Shown here: piece by piece, positions 48,544-61,107 of the stretch
How positions within the stretch are numbered: position 1 is the first letter of the stretch
Layout: the number at the start of each line of letters is the position of its first letter
DNA from: Lepidodermella squamata
Lineage: Eukaryota > Animalia > Gastrotricha
DNA length: 64,000 nucleotides
NCBI GenBank assembly: GCA_047495785.1
Contig: JBLDXI010000003.1
Location: 310,001 to 374,000 of the forward strand
Direction of reading: 5' to 3'
The notes under the pieces: generated by a model
Told to the model about the DNA's origin: nothing
The model's database searches: none
Seen by the model: only the letters and a program-made list of their open reading frames with translations
Program-made: the position numbers and the translations under genes

Positions 48544-51329
48544 TATATATATATGCCGGTCAATACTGTTTTTTCGCGTATTAATTTTTTCCAAACAGGC
48601 ACCGCCCTGTATTAGGCAGCCCCCAATTTCTCTATTTCTCTGTCGATGCGCTCCGATGCCCTTCTGACGCATTTTTAAGCCGTGTTCAGGGCGGCTATTG
48701 GATTGTCTTACGGGTGGACGGTGCCCAAAAAAGACGGACGTGTGGATTAAGTAGCGATAAACGTGGTGCCATACAATTTTCGCAGCCTCTCCGAACGTTT
48801 CGGGGTTGGTAGGCGACACGGGCAAAAGATGCATTTTCGGCCGAAAATTCTAATCCGTCCGCTCGAAAATAACAAAGATCCTGAAAATATGATGCTTTTG
48901 GCCTTAGTTTTTCGACCCCGGTACGCTCCAAATTTGAACAAAAATGGAATTTCACAATGAAAAAACTTATTTTTAGGGCGGTGAAATAGGCCCTTTTTAC
49001 TTACACATACACATTAAATAGGGGACTGCGCGCCAATGATTATACCACACCATAGATACCTTGACTACCGTTTCCCACTAATTTTTCAGTGTGAGCATAT
49101 TTGGGACACTTTGTATTTGCACGCGACTGCTCGTTGGGTTAGGGTTGGGGTTGGATTTGGGATCTAATATTTAATTTCCTTATACCATAATAGGGCTCAT
49201 ACCATAGTAACCTCTGTACGGCTGAATTTTCGGCGTGACCAAATTTTCGTTATTTGAAAACCAATTTGACTGAGTAAAATTTCAGTTTTAGTTATCGTGG
49301 TCCCAATATTCGTTATTTTACCTGGAAGTTCGAAAATTGGAGCCATAACGAAAATTTGGGTGCACTTTGCACTGAAAAAGCGGTATAGCATTTATGAGAA
49401 GCAAAGTCAATCACGACAGCTGCACTCCATAAATAATAATCGGCAATAGATGTTTCAAACTTGCATTCGTTTAACAAGCACATCTCCGTCAGCACCGTTG
49501 ATGGCGTAAAAAGAGGGCAGCGGTGTGCGGAGCAACACTAGGTTACCGAAAGTGAACAGGTAGTTGGAAAACCTCACCACTGTTGAACAGCTGGCTCCCC
49601 CGGAACTTGGAACAGCCGTGATCTGCAATTGAAAACTATATAGCTGAGTGGATTAGGTAGAAAGCGGATTCGCCATACGGTTATGACATCAAGCACGCCC
49701 TGGTATATCATGCGAAACTTTGCGGTACTAGCGGACGTCATAACGCAGCTCGTGTCGAATGAATAAGTGCCCATTGAGTTATTGGAAGGTGGTGGCGCGG
49801 GAGTGCTATCACTACTGGTATTGGGATAGAATGTGACAAGTGATGATCCATTAGCTTGTAGCTTGATTAAAGTCAGTAAACCCAAGCCGTATTTCCCAAA
49901 AACATCGTAGGATGATGATGAATTCGACGAAGTGCCTACATTGAGAAAAACACGTGATACATACATATATATTTATTTATCACGATTGCAGAGCTCATCT
50001 ATAATCTAAAAAGTGCTGACGAATAAGGAAAATGTTATGTTATGTTATGCAGAGCTCACTTGGCACCAGTCGATTCGGTGAGAAAATGAATGCGAACCAG
50101 CCATTCGATGGCCCACTGGTTTTGTAGTTCAGCTCAACATCGTACTCCAGGCGCCAGTTTATCAAGCTGGCCCCGATGGCTCCCACTGAATTCTTTCACA
50201 AAATGGAAGTAATCGTCATATGTAGGTTGAATAAAAAGTGGTATAAAATATCTCAATCCTACCTGACTTGTTAAAACGGCAAAAGAATCATTAGGCGATG
50301 AGTGCGCAGCAGACATTGAATTCAGTTGGTAACCGTTTGTCACCTTTCTAGCGGCGTACTGCGTTAGGAACGTGCTATTGCTGTTGACCGACAAATTCTC
50401 GACGTCGAAAGATAGCGAGGGGATGTACAACGGGGTTCCTTTAAACCCATTCGGTAGCGGCAGCGAGGTTGTATCCGGTGCGGGGTCGTAACCAGCTGAG
50501 ACTGCCGCGAACAAGAGTGCTTCAAGAAGAAAAAGCCTTCCTGGGAACATTCTGCCCAAGAATTCTTATAGAAAATAAATTTTCTAAAGCGAAAAGGCAC
50601 TTGATATTTGGCTAAATATTTGGGGCACGAAGTTTTTTCTTTATTTTCAAAAAAATCAACGAACGAACAGACGACTTACATCGCGCATCAGAGGCGCATC
50701 TATGCCCTTGTTTTCAAACCCTTGTTCCGTGTTTACTTACTGTTATGACGACACGTACACTTTAAAAAGCGCTTCCAACTTAATGGATGAGTCTCATGAA
50801 TATCAAAATACAGCAGAGATGAGTCTAGGCTCCAAGCTCCAACCACGCAATGATGGGCCACAGCGCCCAGAACATTTCCACGACCATTTCTCTTTACTGG
50901 GGAAAATCGTCATAGGTGCCGCTGGAAGTCCTCCAAAATCGATATTGACGTTTTTACAGTTCCTAACACAATTTTTCACGCTGGTATAACAAATGATAAC
51001 TGAGGACAAATATTAGGATTTTGCGAAAGTCAATCCCAGTCAATTTACGTCAAAAATCCGACAAAAATCGACACAAGGCTGTCCCGCTCCTAAGTTATAT
51101 CCTTTGCACAGTGTGTCTCACGATAAAATCTAAGAATAGGGGATCTTTTAGTATTTAAGAATGATATGATAAATGAGGGCAGTGGGCGCAAAATGAGCCA
51201 GTTTCAAAAATCAAAAAGTTTTGATTTTCGGACTTTTTGGCGTCGCTATGCCGGGTTTTTGCGGTAATCTTTCCGAGGTATTGCCTTCTATGACGATCAT
51301 TGTGTGACCACTTAAAAGTCCAATCCAAT

Positions 51330-52656
51330 GCGCACGCTGATTGGTCAATCGATCGTTGCTATGACTCCCGGATGAAACATGTTGGTCGTGCGATCCATAA
51401 GATTTTTTTCAACAAGTGTTTTTTGCCGCAGCAATTTACCACCATTAATATGGAGTTTACGCTCGTGGTCAATGGAAACCGTGCAGAGGGTGTGGCAAGG
51501 TCATTTTTTGCATAAATATAAAATATTATCCGGATCGTATCGTAAAATATGCCTTCTTAATGGCCGAATTATAAACTCATAAAACCTTCATCCAAGCAGG
51601 GATTTTTTGATATTTTCTAAACAGGCAGGCATTTTTTGATATTTTTATATCAAAAAATGCCCGCTTGTCCAGAAAATATCACCAAAAACCCCACTTGTCA
51701 AACACACAAGAGAAACCCAAAAAAGTTCAAGCAACACTTCAAAACGATTTTATTGAAAATCACAAAAATGGGGTGAAAATTGGGCAGAACTCCGGAAGAA
51801 AGAGCGCGAGACCGGTATCAAATCGGGCAGCATTCACCTCCATTGAACATCACTTGGCCATGAGCTCGTGAAAATCGGGCAGAACTCGTCCAGAGATTCG
51901 CAAAATCGGGCAGAACTCGTCCAGAATTTCGCGAAAATTGAGCAGAATTCGTCCAGGATGTCGCGGGGATCAAGCAACAATCGGCCAGCTTTTGATGAAA
52001 TCGAAGACAGCTCAGGTAGCATTGGATCCCAGAATCCGAGAAATTGAAATTCTCGACATTGGAAGCAAGAACGGCATGGTTCGAAAATCGAGCGATTCCT
52101 GACACCATGGCAAATAGCTGCCTTTCGTTTGAAAGTCGCGTTGATAGCCATCCGAAGCCAACCGAGCAGAACCATCTTGCGTCCGACAGCCCAATTTTGT
52201 GATTCAGTAGCAGCAATTTGTTGAGCATGCGAGAAATGCGGGAAATTCGATGCGAAAAACAAACCAAAAACTCGCAAAATGAAGAATGCGAGAAAAAAAT
52301 GAACAAGAAACAAATTTCATGATTTTTTTAAGTTGGATCTTTTAATTTCAAATCAAATCAATAGAAATTCAGCGAGAGTGTACCATACAATACTATTAAC
52401 CCTGAAAATTTTACGATACGACCCGGATAACACACATATACGGAAGCCATTCAGGTTATATGGGTTTAAAATCGCCTTCAGGCTGATATTTCGTCCTTCG
52501 GCTGCGCCTCAGGCCGAAATATAAGCCTTCAGGCGATTATAAACCCATATACCCTTCTTGTCTTCCGTATATTATATAATTTATTAGTGGATCGCACGAC
52601 TAAATTGTTTCATTCCGGAGTCATTAGCAACGATAAATTGACCAATCAGCGTGCGC
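51330..52656. mobile_element. Foldback-type non-autonomous element with nested palindromes
   Basis: ~68-bp terminal inverted arms (GCGCACGCTGATTGGTCAAT...), internal palindromes at 51592-51696 and 52436-52572, and a ~30-bp tandem repeat at 51873-51960. Confidence 0.7.
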
Positions 52657-53063
52657 GCCAAAGTTCAACTTACCAGCGGTTCCACAATGATAGTTTCTTC
52701 CATGTCTTTTGGTTCTTTCTCAACGGCATGAGTCAGCTTACTTGGGCGTGCCTGTTGTTTTAGACCTGTCAACAGCAAATCAAAATGTAAAAAATAAGCG
52801 TAAGACATTATTTTTCATCTCAGCATGAGACTTTTTTCACGGTAGCTTTCGGCCTCGGCGCACTGCATTTTACTGTAGTAACAAGCAAACTCTTAAGACA
52901 TCTGGAATTAGCTAAATTTATTTCACTGGAATTTAAAATTGTCTAAATAATCTGCAGCCTTAAAAGCCCACACATGTTTAATGTACAGTTTTTCTTCGCA
53001 CGATCCAGTATAATAATAATAATGGGAAGTAGTAAGCTGGAATAAAAAAGTTCGTTCTATTCA

Positions 53064-54740
53064 TCACTTAGCCATCCCAGCGCCGAGTGCTGCCGCATAA
53101 CCAGTGGCAAAGTTCGGTGCGTGAGCAGCGCCGCTTCCAGAAAAGTAAATCGTTTTCTCAGGCAGGCTCCGGCTCTTCGCCACGTCTATCTCAGCCAGCA
53201 GGATGGCACTGGTGTGCGAGCCTTGAATGGCATCATACGCCGCGGCGACAGTAGCAATCTCCTTGCCCTTCGCATCGGCCAGCAACTCGATCTCCTGTTT
53301 CTTCGCCTGGGCTAATTTCACGACATTTTCACTATCCTGAGCCGCGCGGAGCGATGAAGCCTCGATCTCAGCCCGAGCTAGCTGCATCGCCTCGTAATAC
53401 TTGGCATCGGCATGTCTCGACTGAGAGTAGTAGTCAGCATCCGCGACTGTTCGCTTTGTAACAGCGTCGACCTCGGCAACCTTTAACCGCCCTTTTTGGA
53501 TCTCAACCGCGATGTGATTTTCCAGCTCAACTTGGGTCGCTTTAATCTGATTCTTCAACACTGTCTCAGCTTGATGCTCAAGATCTAGGCCAAGGGTGCC
53601 TTCCAAAGACCGATCGAGAACTGTGAACGATTCGAGAACAATGCCATACTGAATCGCCTGTTCGCTCAAATCTCGCATGCATTCGCTTTTGAAGGCCTCG
53701 AGCCATGGTAGGTGGTCGTTATCTGGGATATCGCCTTGCATTTTCTTAGCCCGCATGAACTGCTGATAGCTCATGCGCGAGACAACGGCATTCACCGCAC
53801 TCTGAGCCGGATTCTGAAGGGCTGTGAATGCGTCGTTGTAGTGTTTTGCCAAAAGAAGCGCCCGTTCCAGACGATATCTCAAGTTCACGTGAAGAACAAC
53901 CGGCACGCCCTCAATCGTATACGCTGGTTTCGTTTTGAAAGCAGTCTGCCGTTCAGCCAGCGAGAAGAATCCGCGAAAAATTGTTTTCGAGTTTGTAACA
54001 ACGTGCTGCCCGGCTGCAAGCTCGATCAATTGATCAACCTGCTGCAGGATGAGCACGTGATTGGCTGGGACGTTGTAAAAAGTAGCGACAGTAGCATGTA
54101 TCTTATTTTTCTCATTCGTTTTGACCAATGTCTTGACTTCCCGTTTCCAGCCGATGATTTGGTTCGACGGCATCTCTCGAACTGCGTACGCGTCGCCTAG
54201 ATTCAGCGTATCGACAATATCGATCAATCGGAAGTGGCCTTCGCGGCCGTACGCAGCGAAACCTCCGTTCCTAATGCAGAAAATTTGGTTGTTTGGCGCC
54301 ATTACGACCAGGCACTCGCCCTGGCCCACCTGGGCGAAGGTTAAACCGTTGAACTCACAGGGCTCTGTTAACAGCCGCTTGCCCTCCCAAGTATGCGTGA
54401 TGCTCAGGTTCCAGTATCGACCCGGTTCAACTGCGACAACTGGACGGCCGTTGTAGGATATCAGCCCGATTTCTCCCGGCTGGATGATACGGCCAAGGAC
54501 TGAATGCAGGCTTTTGTGGGTGATAAGATGGTGCTCGCCCTTCGCAATCATTTTACGGTCGAGTTCTTGCAGAGCCGCAAGCATGTTGCCGTCGTGGCCG
54601 ATGTCTACGAAAAACTCGTGATTCCGGATGAAGCCTGGAACAGACCAGTCGTCCATTCCGTTGTTGTCACTCATCATAGCTACACTTGAATTTAACTTCC
54701 GAGCATCCGTTGATCCAGCTGGGCTGCTCGAACTGGCCAT
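53064..54740 (-). CDS. SPFH/Band-7 domain protein (vacuolin/flotillin-like), intronless
   Basis: N-terminal repeats of the IQPGEIGL...PG type, SPFH core AYTIEGVPVVLHVNLRYRL...QYGIVLESFTV, C-terminal Ala/Glu/Lys coiled coil. Confidence 0.8.
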   Translation of the reverse strand: MASSSSPAGSTDARKLNSSVAMMSDNNGMDDWSVPGFIRNHEFFVDIGHDGNMLAALQELDRKMIAKGEHHLITHKSLHSVLGRIIQPGEIGLISYNGRPVVAVEPGRYWNLSITHTWEGKRLLTEPCEFNGLTFAQVGQGECLVVMAPNNQIFCIRNGGFAAYGREGHFRLIDIVDTLNLGDAYAVREMPSNQIIGWKREVKTLVKTNEKNKIHATVATFYNVPANHVLILQQVDQLIELAAGQHVVTNSKTIFRGFFSLAERQTAFKTKPAYTIEGVPVVLHVNLRYRLERALLLAKHYNDAFTALQNPAQSAVNAVVSRMSYQQFMRAKKMQGDIPDNDHLPWLEAFKSECMRDLSEQAIQYGIVLESFTVLDRSLEGTLGLDLEHQAETVLKNQIKATQVELENHIAVEIQKGRLKVAEVDAVTKRTVADADYYSQSRHADAKYYEAMQLARAEIEASSLRAAQDSENVVKLAQAKKQEIELLADAKGKEIATVAAAYDAIQGSHTSAILLAEIDVAKSRSLPEKTIYFSGSGAAHAPNFATGYAAALGAGMAK

Positions 54741-55051
54741 TTCGACGAAATTAGAAGCCAACGGCTTTTCAACTTTTGATGAATTTTTGAAAATGATTAT
54801 TTATTTTGCTTCTCAGCCTTGATAAACCCTCTAATAACTGTTCTGCGCTGAAAAATGAGTTATGCCATACGAAGCTAGCCAAGCGGGCTTTATTTCAGTC
54901 CAACGTAAAACTTGTCGTAGTCACAAGTTTATGTTTCTCCACAAGTTGACTTATTTTTTGCCTTCGAATGAGTCATGGATCATTCAAACTATGTATTCAT
55001 ATATTTATTTTATTTACCTGGTTAGCTTGCCCTACCTGCTTGCATCAGATA

Positions 55052-56085
55052 CCGTAACGGGTCCTAACTTTGGACAAAACACCTTTTTTAATTTTAAAAA
55101 ATTCGGTTTTCGTCTAAAAAAATGGGAAAAAATAGCCAAACCTCCGCCCAAAGAATCTGCGTGGACAGGTGAAGTTTGGAAAATTTAGAAGCTCACCTTG
55201 ATTTTTAAAAAATAGGTAAAGAAACCTCTAAATTTGGACACTCGTTCCCAAATTTGGACACCTCATTTGCATATGCTGATTCGACCTTACACACATTTTA
55301 TTCCTTTTTGCGCAATTTTTCTCGTGTTTTTGAAGGCGACTCTTGTAGCCGCTTGAGACTAAAATAATGCTACCGATAGGATTCACTCATCGCCAGATTT
55401 AATGCAGATGTACGCAATACCAATTATACACCAGGCTCTTGATACCGTTAATGAACCATGACTCTTCTCATAACTATGATAAACCAGGTGAAAATGTCTC
55501 TGAAGCACCGAGCCTCACTTAGAAAGTAGACGGAGGGATATCAGTTTGAGGTTAAACCATTGAGGACAAACCAAAATCAGGAAAGCATAGTCTAGGCCGG
55601 GAGTCACTAAGCTAATTTCAAGGTTCCATCAATGCGTTGCCATTCTTTTCAAAAACTGATAAAAAGCATACATTTCATTTGCATATGCATATTGATAAAA
55701 ATATCATTAAAAGTGTCCAAATTTAGAGGCTAAATTCAAAGTCACCTGTATCAAAATTGGCTCGTCCTTCTGCCGAGATTTTTTTACAGAATTTAGTTTA
55801 GGTAAATCCCCACGTGCAAAAAAAGTTTCAGCCCCAACCGTTCACAGGTGAACGTTTGGCAAGGGGGGTCCCAAAACACCTTTCTGAGTGATCGAGCTTC
55901 GGTGATTTTTCGCAAATAGATAGTACATGAAAGTATTGGCAAATTTGGTACCGTTGGAAGGCCCATGAAGGGAGCTATTTTTCAGTGAAATTTCTACATT
56001 TTTATCAGTTATGCACAAATTGATATTTGGGGCTAAAGCTCAAAGTGTCCAAATTTGGGGTGTCCAAATTTAGGGCGCGTTACGG
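55052..56085. mobile_element. pogo/Tigger-type non-autonomous element
   Basis: TA-CCGTAACG...CGTTACGG-TA; subterminal AAATTTGGACAC repeats at both ends. Confidence 0.75.
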
Positions 56086-56931
56086 TACTTAAAAAACTAC
56101 GCCTATATATGTATAACCCACGCTTTTGCACACGTTATAAATTGTCGTTACTCAATTTACGCTGGTGACAAGCGATGCCAGTCCACAGGCGCATTATTTA
56201 CTATTAGACTAAACGCCTTTCATAGAAACGTGATAATAAAGATTTCACAGCGTCCTCTTATATGTTGAGGGGATGGCGAAATTCGAGTTCAATTATCAGC
56301 TTCAGGTGTGCAGGCTCATAATCGCTAAAATAAATTGCGTAGTCTTAATCCTGTAAATCGTAGCCAAAATGTAAAGTGTCACCTGTGCGCGCACTATGTA
56401 AACAAAACCTTGTAAGCGAATTGTAACCACAAAAGTGAAACTGTAGTCAGGTGCGTTAAAATGGGGCCCTAAATCAATAATTCGCGCGGTAGCCCTATTT
56501 CTTTGAGTCCGTGCCCATTTGAATAGCCCGCTGCATTTTTTGAGAGCCTATGTCGCACCGAAAGCTAAAAACAGCTGGCCTGAGGCTGTCATATGACTTT
56601 TTCTGGTAAATTGTTTGCAACTTTTTCTCGGCTTTCCTGTGACCTGGCCGTGAATTTTCATGATCGTTTAACCAGAATGAGGAAAACCTGCAGCTTGAGA
56701 GGTACTGGACTGCGGCTTTGTTCACTCAATTTGGCATTTATTGGTCGATGTTTAGAGACATACAGTGATAATCATAAGATGCGCACGCAAAAACAAAACA
56801 ACCAAAAAAATCACGGCTGGCCACGCGATTCGATTTCGCTATTTTGCTAGGGCTTATCACTCGGTCGGGGCGCAGCTGCTCGAAAGGAGGACGCATATAA
56901 ATAGTTGGAATAATATGAATAAATTTATGAG

Positions 56932-57451
56932 ATGAACTCTGCCACTTCAGTCAATTTATCTAAGAAACGTAAGCTCGATAACTGTCTACAAGTTGTTGTG
57001 AGTTGATGGAGTTTCGTTTGTTTTGAAATTAAATGTTTCGAGTTTAGCCTGTACGAAGCCCAATTCAAACCAGATCCACCAAACTAATCCGCCTCGAAAA
57101 AATCAAATCAAACGTCGACAAATACGTCCAGTCTCAAAAAGCGGCAATGGCAGAAATTGATCAAATACTGGCTGTCATTGGTAATCAAATTATAAATTTT
57201 TATTGGATTTTATAACGTCAAAATTTTTCTTAGACATGTCTGGGCTGGTTTGGAGCGATCGAGAAAAAAAGATACTCGCCCAATTCATAAATTTTCTGAA
57301 AACGACCGGTCTCAAATGCACATCTCGTGGTTTGAAGGAGTACTTGAAAGTCAATCCTCAATTTTTACGTCAAATTGGTCGCAATGAAACGGCAGTGATT
57401 AGTAAAGCACGATCTATCTTGAACAGCGATTTTTTTCGGCAGCATCACTGA
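56932..57451 (+). CDS. Small 3-exon protein with NLS-like KKRK and SANT/Myb-like C-terminus; possible transposon accessory gene
   Basis: MNSATSVNLSKKRKL...; last exon GLVWSDREKKILAQF...RNETAVISKARSIL; convergent with the transposase. Confidence 0.4.
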
Positions 57452-57574
57452 TTAAACAATGCATTTCTTGACAATTCGATTTATTGCGATCAATCTTTCA
57501 TTTTAACTTGAATTTATATCATTTTAACAGCAAATAATCGTTACTCATCAATTTCTTTGGTTCGAATAAAAGAG

Positions 57575-58115
57575 TTAACGCCGTTTTTTTCTTGAGAGAA
57601 GATGTTCAAAAGTGCCACCTTTATTTTCCAGACAACACCTGAGGCGCATAACCCATGCCGATCTCACATTTTGAAGCATCTGTGGGGTGACAGTCGCGCA
57701 AGCTGCGATGATACGCTGTTTCAACTCTTCGATATTTTGTGGTTGAGTTTTATAGACTTGGGATTTAAGGTAGCCCCAAAGAAAAAAATCAGGCGGTGTA
57801 AGATCTGGGGACCTCGCAGGCCAATGAAAAAGTTTTTTATCATCTGCCGTTGCCCGACCAATCCACCTGTTTTTTAAATTTTCGTTCAACCAGGCGCGAA
57901 CTTCTTTCGAGTAATGAGCTGGCGCACCATCTTGCTGAAAAATTACATACCGCCGTTGGCACGCGGGAATTAGAGGCATAATTTCCTCCTTCAGCTTCTT
58001 GAGGTACTCAGTGCCGTCCACATTACCCTCGAAAAAAATAGGACCAATCACCTTATCTCCCAGAATGCCAGCCCAAACCATAACCTTCGGTGCACCCTGT
58101 TGCCTCTGGTGGCGA
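57575..58115 (-). mobile_element. 5'-truncated Tc1/mariner transposase (rosa/DD41D-like, 46-aa D-D spacing)
   Basis: KVMVWAGI, IGPIFF, FQQDGAPAH, WIGR, WPARSPDLTPPDFFLWGYLK. Confidence 0.85.
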
Positions 58116-58198
58116 ACAAAAAGAGGCCTGGCCAGGCCCTTCAAAGGAGTCCAACAAGCAGACCCGGCCCGTGGTCACCGTACCCGGCACGGTCCGGC

Positions 58199-58247
58199 AC
58201 GGCCAAACTAGGCGCTATCATAGGTAGATAGCGCCTAGTTTGGCCGT
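58199..58247. repeat. Perfect 21-bp stem hairpin
   Basis: ACGGCCAAACTAGGCGCTATC-ATAGGTA-GATAGCGCCTAGTTTGGCCGT. Confidence 0.9.
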
Positions 58248-59525
58248 CATCCGAAACCCCTTGTCTTTTTGCCCCTTTTCCGTTAGTTTCTGTTGGCTAG
58301 GGTTTAGTTTACGATTTCTCTGAAAAAGTTGACAATTTCATGGGCGCGGGTTACGATTTACAGTCTTTAGAGGCGCTTTCAAGTTCAGCGCTGCGTTTTC
58401 AAGGTTTTGTTGACATAATTCAAGATTAGGTGGCGATTTCTTGGTTTTGTTTACACTTCGAAGATTAAGGTGGCGCACACACGCATTCTAGATGACACTT
58501 ATCCATTTTGAGAGGTTACACAAACACATTTTCAGACTACACAACTTAGGCCACCCGCTCATAATTGATGAAATGCCGCAGATGATTATTTTGCTCCTGC
58601 GCGAGTTGAAGATTTTAGGCGAAAGATGCTTACCGATAAAGGTACGAGGAACAGATACATCAATTAGCAAGATTCGGATACTTGGCATGAGAAGTGATTT
58701 CAAGAGCCGTGTTGCTGTAGAATCAGGAATCACGAAAAACACATCGTTAGCGTTGTTTAAATAACTCGGATTTAGGCTTGTTTACATTCGTTTCAAGGTC
58801 ATGGGTGACAATTAAAAGCGCGGCTTTTGTAGAGTGAATGAACGAGGCTTTTTACTTTTCACCCGTGAATTTAATCGATTTTATTCAACAATTGAATTTC
58901 GGATTTCGGAAATATCAGCCGCGTCCTTTCGGGCGAACAAAGCTATTCACAGCTCCGTTCGGATTTAACACTTCACGCAGTGTGCGACTTTCAAGGGGGA
59001 TGGGGGGTATCATCCCCCCCCACCTCGGCCGGGCCAGACGACAAAATTTGAATTTATCCCAGTGTTTTGTTAATTTTGAGAGGTTTTGGAGCATGTTTTA
59101 CTGGAAAATCTTCAAAACTTTCTCGCTTCGCTCGGTTTTCAGTTGAAATGACTAGTCATTCTGGCAAAAACAGCAAAAACATTTTTTCCATCCCTGGCAG
59201 CTCGGAGATCCAAGATCGCTCACTGACTTCACGCACGTGAGTGCGCATTAGGTCAGCACGCACTTTGTTACCGTAGCGCAGCCACTATCTTCTCATAGCC
59301 ATACGCAACCGCGCTAGTACAATTAACCCACTCGGAAAATTACCACTTTTTTTATGGTCAAAATGCGTTTGATTTTCTCCGTTTATCGTTCCAAGTGGTT
59401 TCGTTGAAAAATGGGTTAGATAATAGGTTGCGTTAATTAGGAACTATAAAGCTTTTATTGCCTGTTGATCTATCGTTGCGCGTTTGTCTCTATTTAAGGC
59501 TGTTGAGTAACATTTGCCATCAACG

Positions 59526-60029
59526 ATGGGGAGCAAATCAATGGAGAGCGGTAGCACCCGCACGAAGCATGTCTATCGCAGTGAACAGCCGTCATCCCCT
59601 GCTCATAGAACGAAGAATTTGCGAAAATCAAAGGGCCCAAATAGCAATCGGTCGATGGGCAATCCGAATTACTGCTGTAGCGAATGTGAATCCGTCTTCG
59701 CCTGGAAACGTACATTGGTATCTCACTACCGATTGAACCATCCTCACGCACTACTCTACCAGTGCCACAATTGTGGAGTGAAACAGCTAACTTCGGAAGA
59801 CCTCGACATACATCACAGTCGAATTTGCAAGACGGCGGTTGATCGTGATCTCGATTATTGTTCGATGTGCCGCGTGGTTTGTGGTAGCCGCGACACCCTG
59901 CTGAGACATTTCGAGAAGTATCACGCAGAGTTGTGCAATTACGTGTGCGATGTCTGCGAGAAGCGAATGGTGAATCTCCGAGGCCTGAACGTTCACAAGA
60001 GTAAGCTGCACTCGGAAACGTTGAAATAG
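59526..60029 (+). CDS. C2H2 zinc-finger protein (4 fingers; an upstream exon is possible)
   Basis: CSEC..H..H, CHNC..H..C, CSMC..H..H, CDVC..H..H. Confidence 0.75.
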   Translation: MGSKSMESGSTRTKHVYRSEQPSSPAHRTKNLRKSKGPNSNRSMGNPNYCCSECESVFAWKRTLVSHYRLNHPHALLYQCHNCGVKQLTSEDLDIHHSRICKTAVDRDLDYCSMCRVVCGSRDTLLRHFEKYHAELCNYVCDVCEKRMVNLRGLNVHKSKLHSETLK

Positions 60030-60526
60030 CACGTCAGACCTCAGACCTACTGCGGACTGTGTGGGTGGATTTTTATCATCTTCGCTTTTTTTCCAATTAA
60101 CATTTTTCAATAAATACTTACATTGTTATGCTTACAAAATTGGATTCTATTATAAATTCGAGGACATTTAGCTTGGCGAGCTGGAGTTTGGAGTTTACTT
60201 TTTTTTGCTCCGAGTTTATTGGACACAAAACACAACTTGGCACCCTGCACCCTGGATTTGCACGTAAAGTAAGACAAATCAATGTGGACTTGCAATGTGG
60301 AAAAGTTGATTGAAAGTTCTCAGCTGCCTCGTCAGCTCTGATAATACTTCAGTTATGAAACCGGTCAAATTTTAGAGCATGCTCAATTCAACACACTCAG
60401 TCAGTATTTTGATGTGCCTGCAATAATGTTCAGCTTTCAAAGCTTTCATCATTTATTAATAAGCTTTCGCTCGAAGCTCGAAGTCCGTTCATTCATTTTC
60501 ACAAAATCCCACGGACGAGAAACGAG

Positions 60527-61107
60527 ATGTTTCCTTTGGCAAATTTTATAGCTTTTCTGTGCTTTGCGGCTCAGTCTTCGGCAGGCGATGAACCTTCACC
60601 TGACCTTGGGACTCTCCCGCTACCAGTCGGTTTTCGGGGACCTTTGTTATATTTCCCTGAAATGTCATTCGACGCTGAGAATTCGAATGTGACGGCTTCA
60701 GGGTCCTTCAATGTGTTATACTCAACGAGAAAAGTAGCTACTGGTTATCAGCTGAACTCAATGGTTTCTGCTAATACGAGCCCGAATGAGACTTTCGCGA
60801 TACTTGACGGACCCGTAATTTGATTTTGCCTTTCGGATTTTACGGAAGCTATACTTTTGTTCCGAAGGTCGCTAATGAAACTATTGGCCCAAGATCAATC
60901 CATTGGAGGATTGAGTACGAGGTTGAACTGAGGTACAAAACAGGTGGGCAATCAAATGCTTGGTTCGGTTTCCAGATTTCTAGCGATCGCCTTGCTCCTA
61001 GTAAGATCGACCATATCAATTTTAAGTGTGTTAACCTAAATTTATTTTCTAGAAATGTCGAATTCCTCGAATTACTACGACCTATTCACGAAAATCGGCA
61101 ACGGCTT
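60527..61107 (+). pseudogene. 5' part of a third extended-channel paralog, interrupted in exon 3 by a Mutator element
   Basis: Signal peptide, PDLGTLPLPVGFRGP, GYQLNSM, WRIEYEVELRYK, YYDLFTK; homology ends abruptly at 61107. Confidence 0.75.

Larger units (their letters stand above)
43315..50550 (-). pseudogene. Paralog of the extended Cys-loop channel with an in-frame TAG and a TE-expanded intron
   Basis: Same exon architecture as 12556-16143; Cys-loop CRMDLRKFPFDSQTC; TAG at 44314-44316 where the paralog has Glu; GC-AG intron 45547-49464. Confidence 0.75.

Noticed and set aside
49136-49152. Telomere-like GGGTTAGGGTTGGGG
   Set aside because: Only about two imperfect units.
51818-52313. Two ~160-aa minus-strand ORFs
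   Set aside because: Inside a repeat element, no recognisable motifs, partly generated by a tandem repeat.
58488-59146. Short ORFs of 84-102 aa
   Set aside because: No domain signal; region looks like transposon-terminal sequence.
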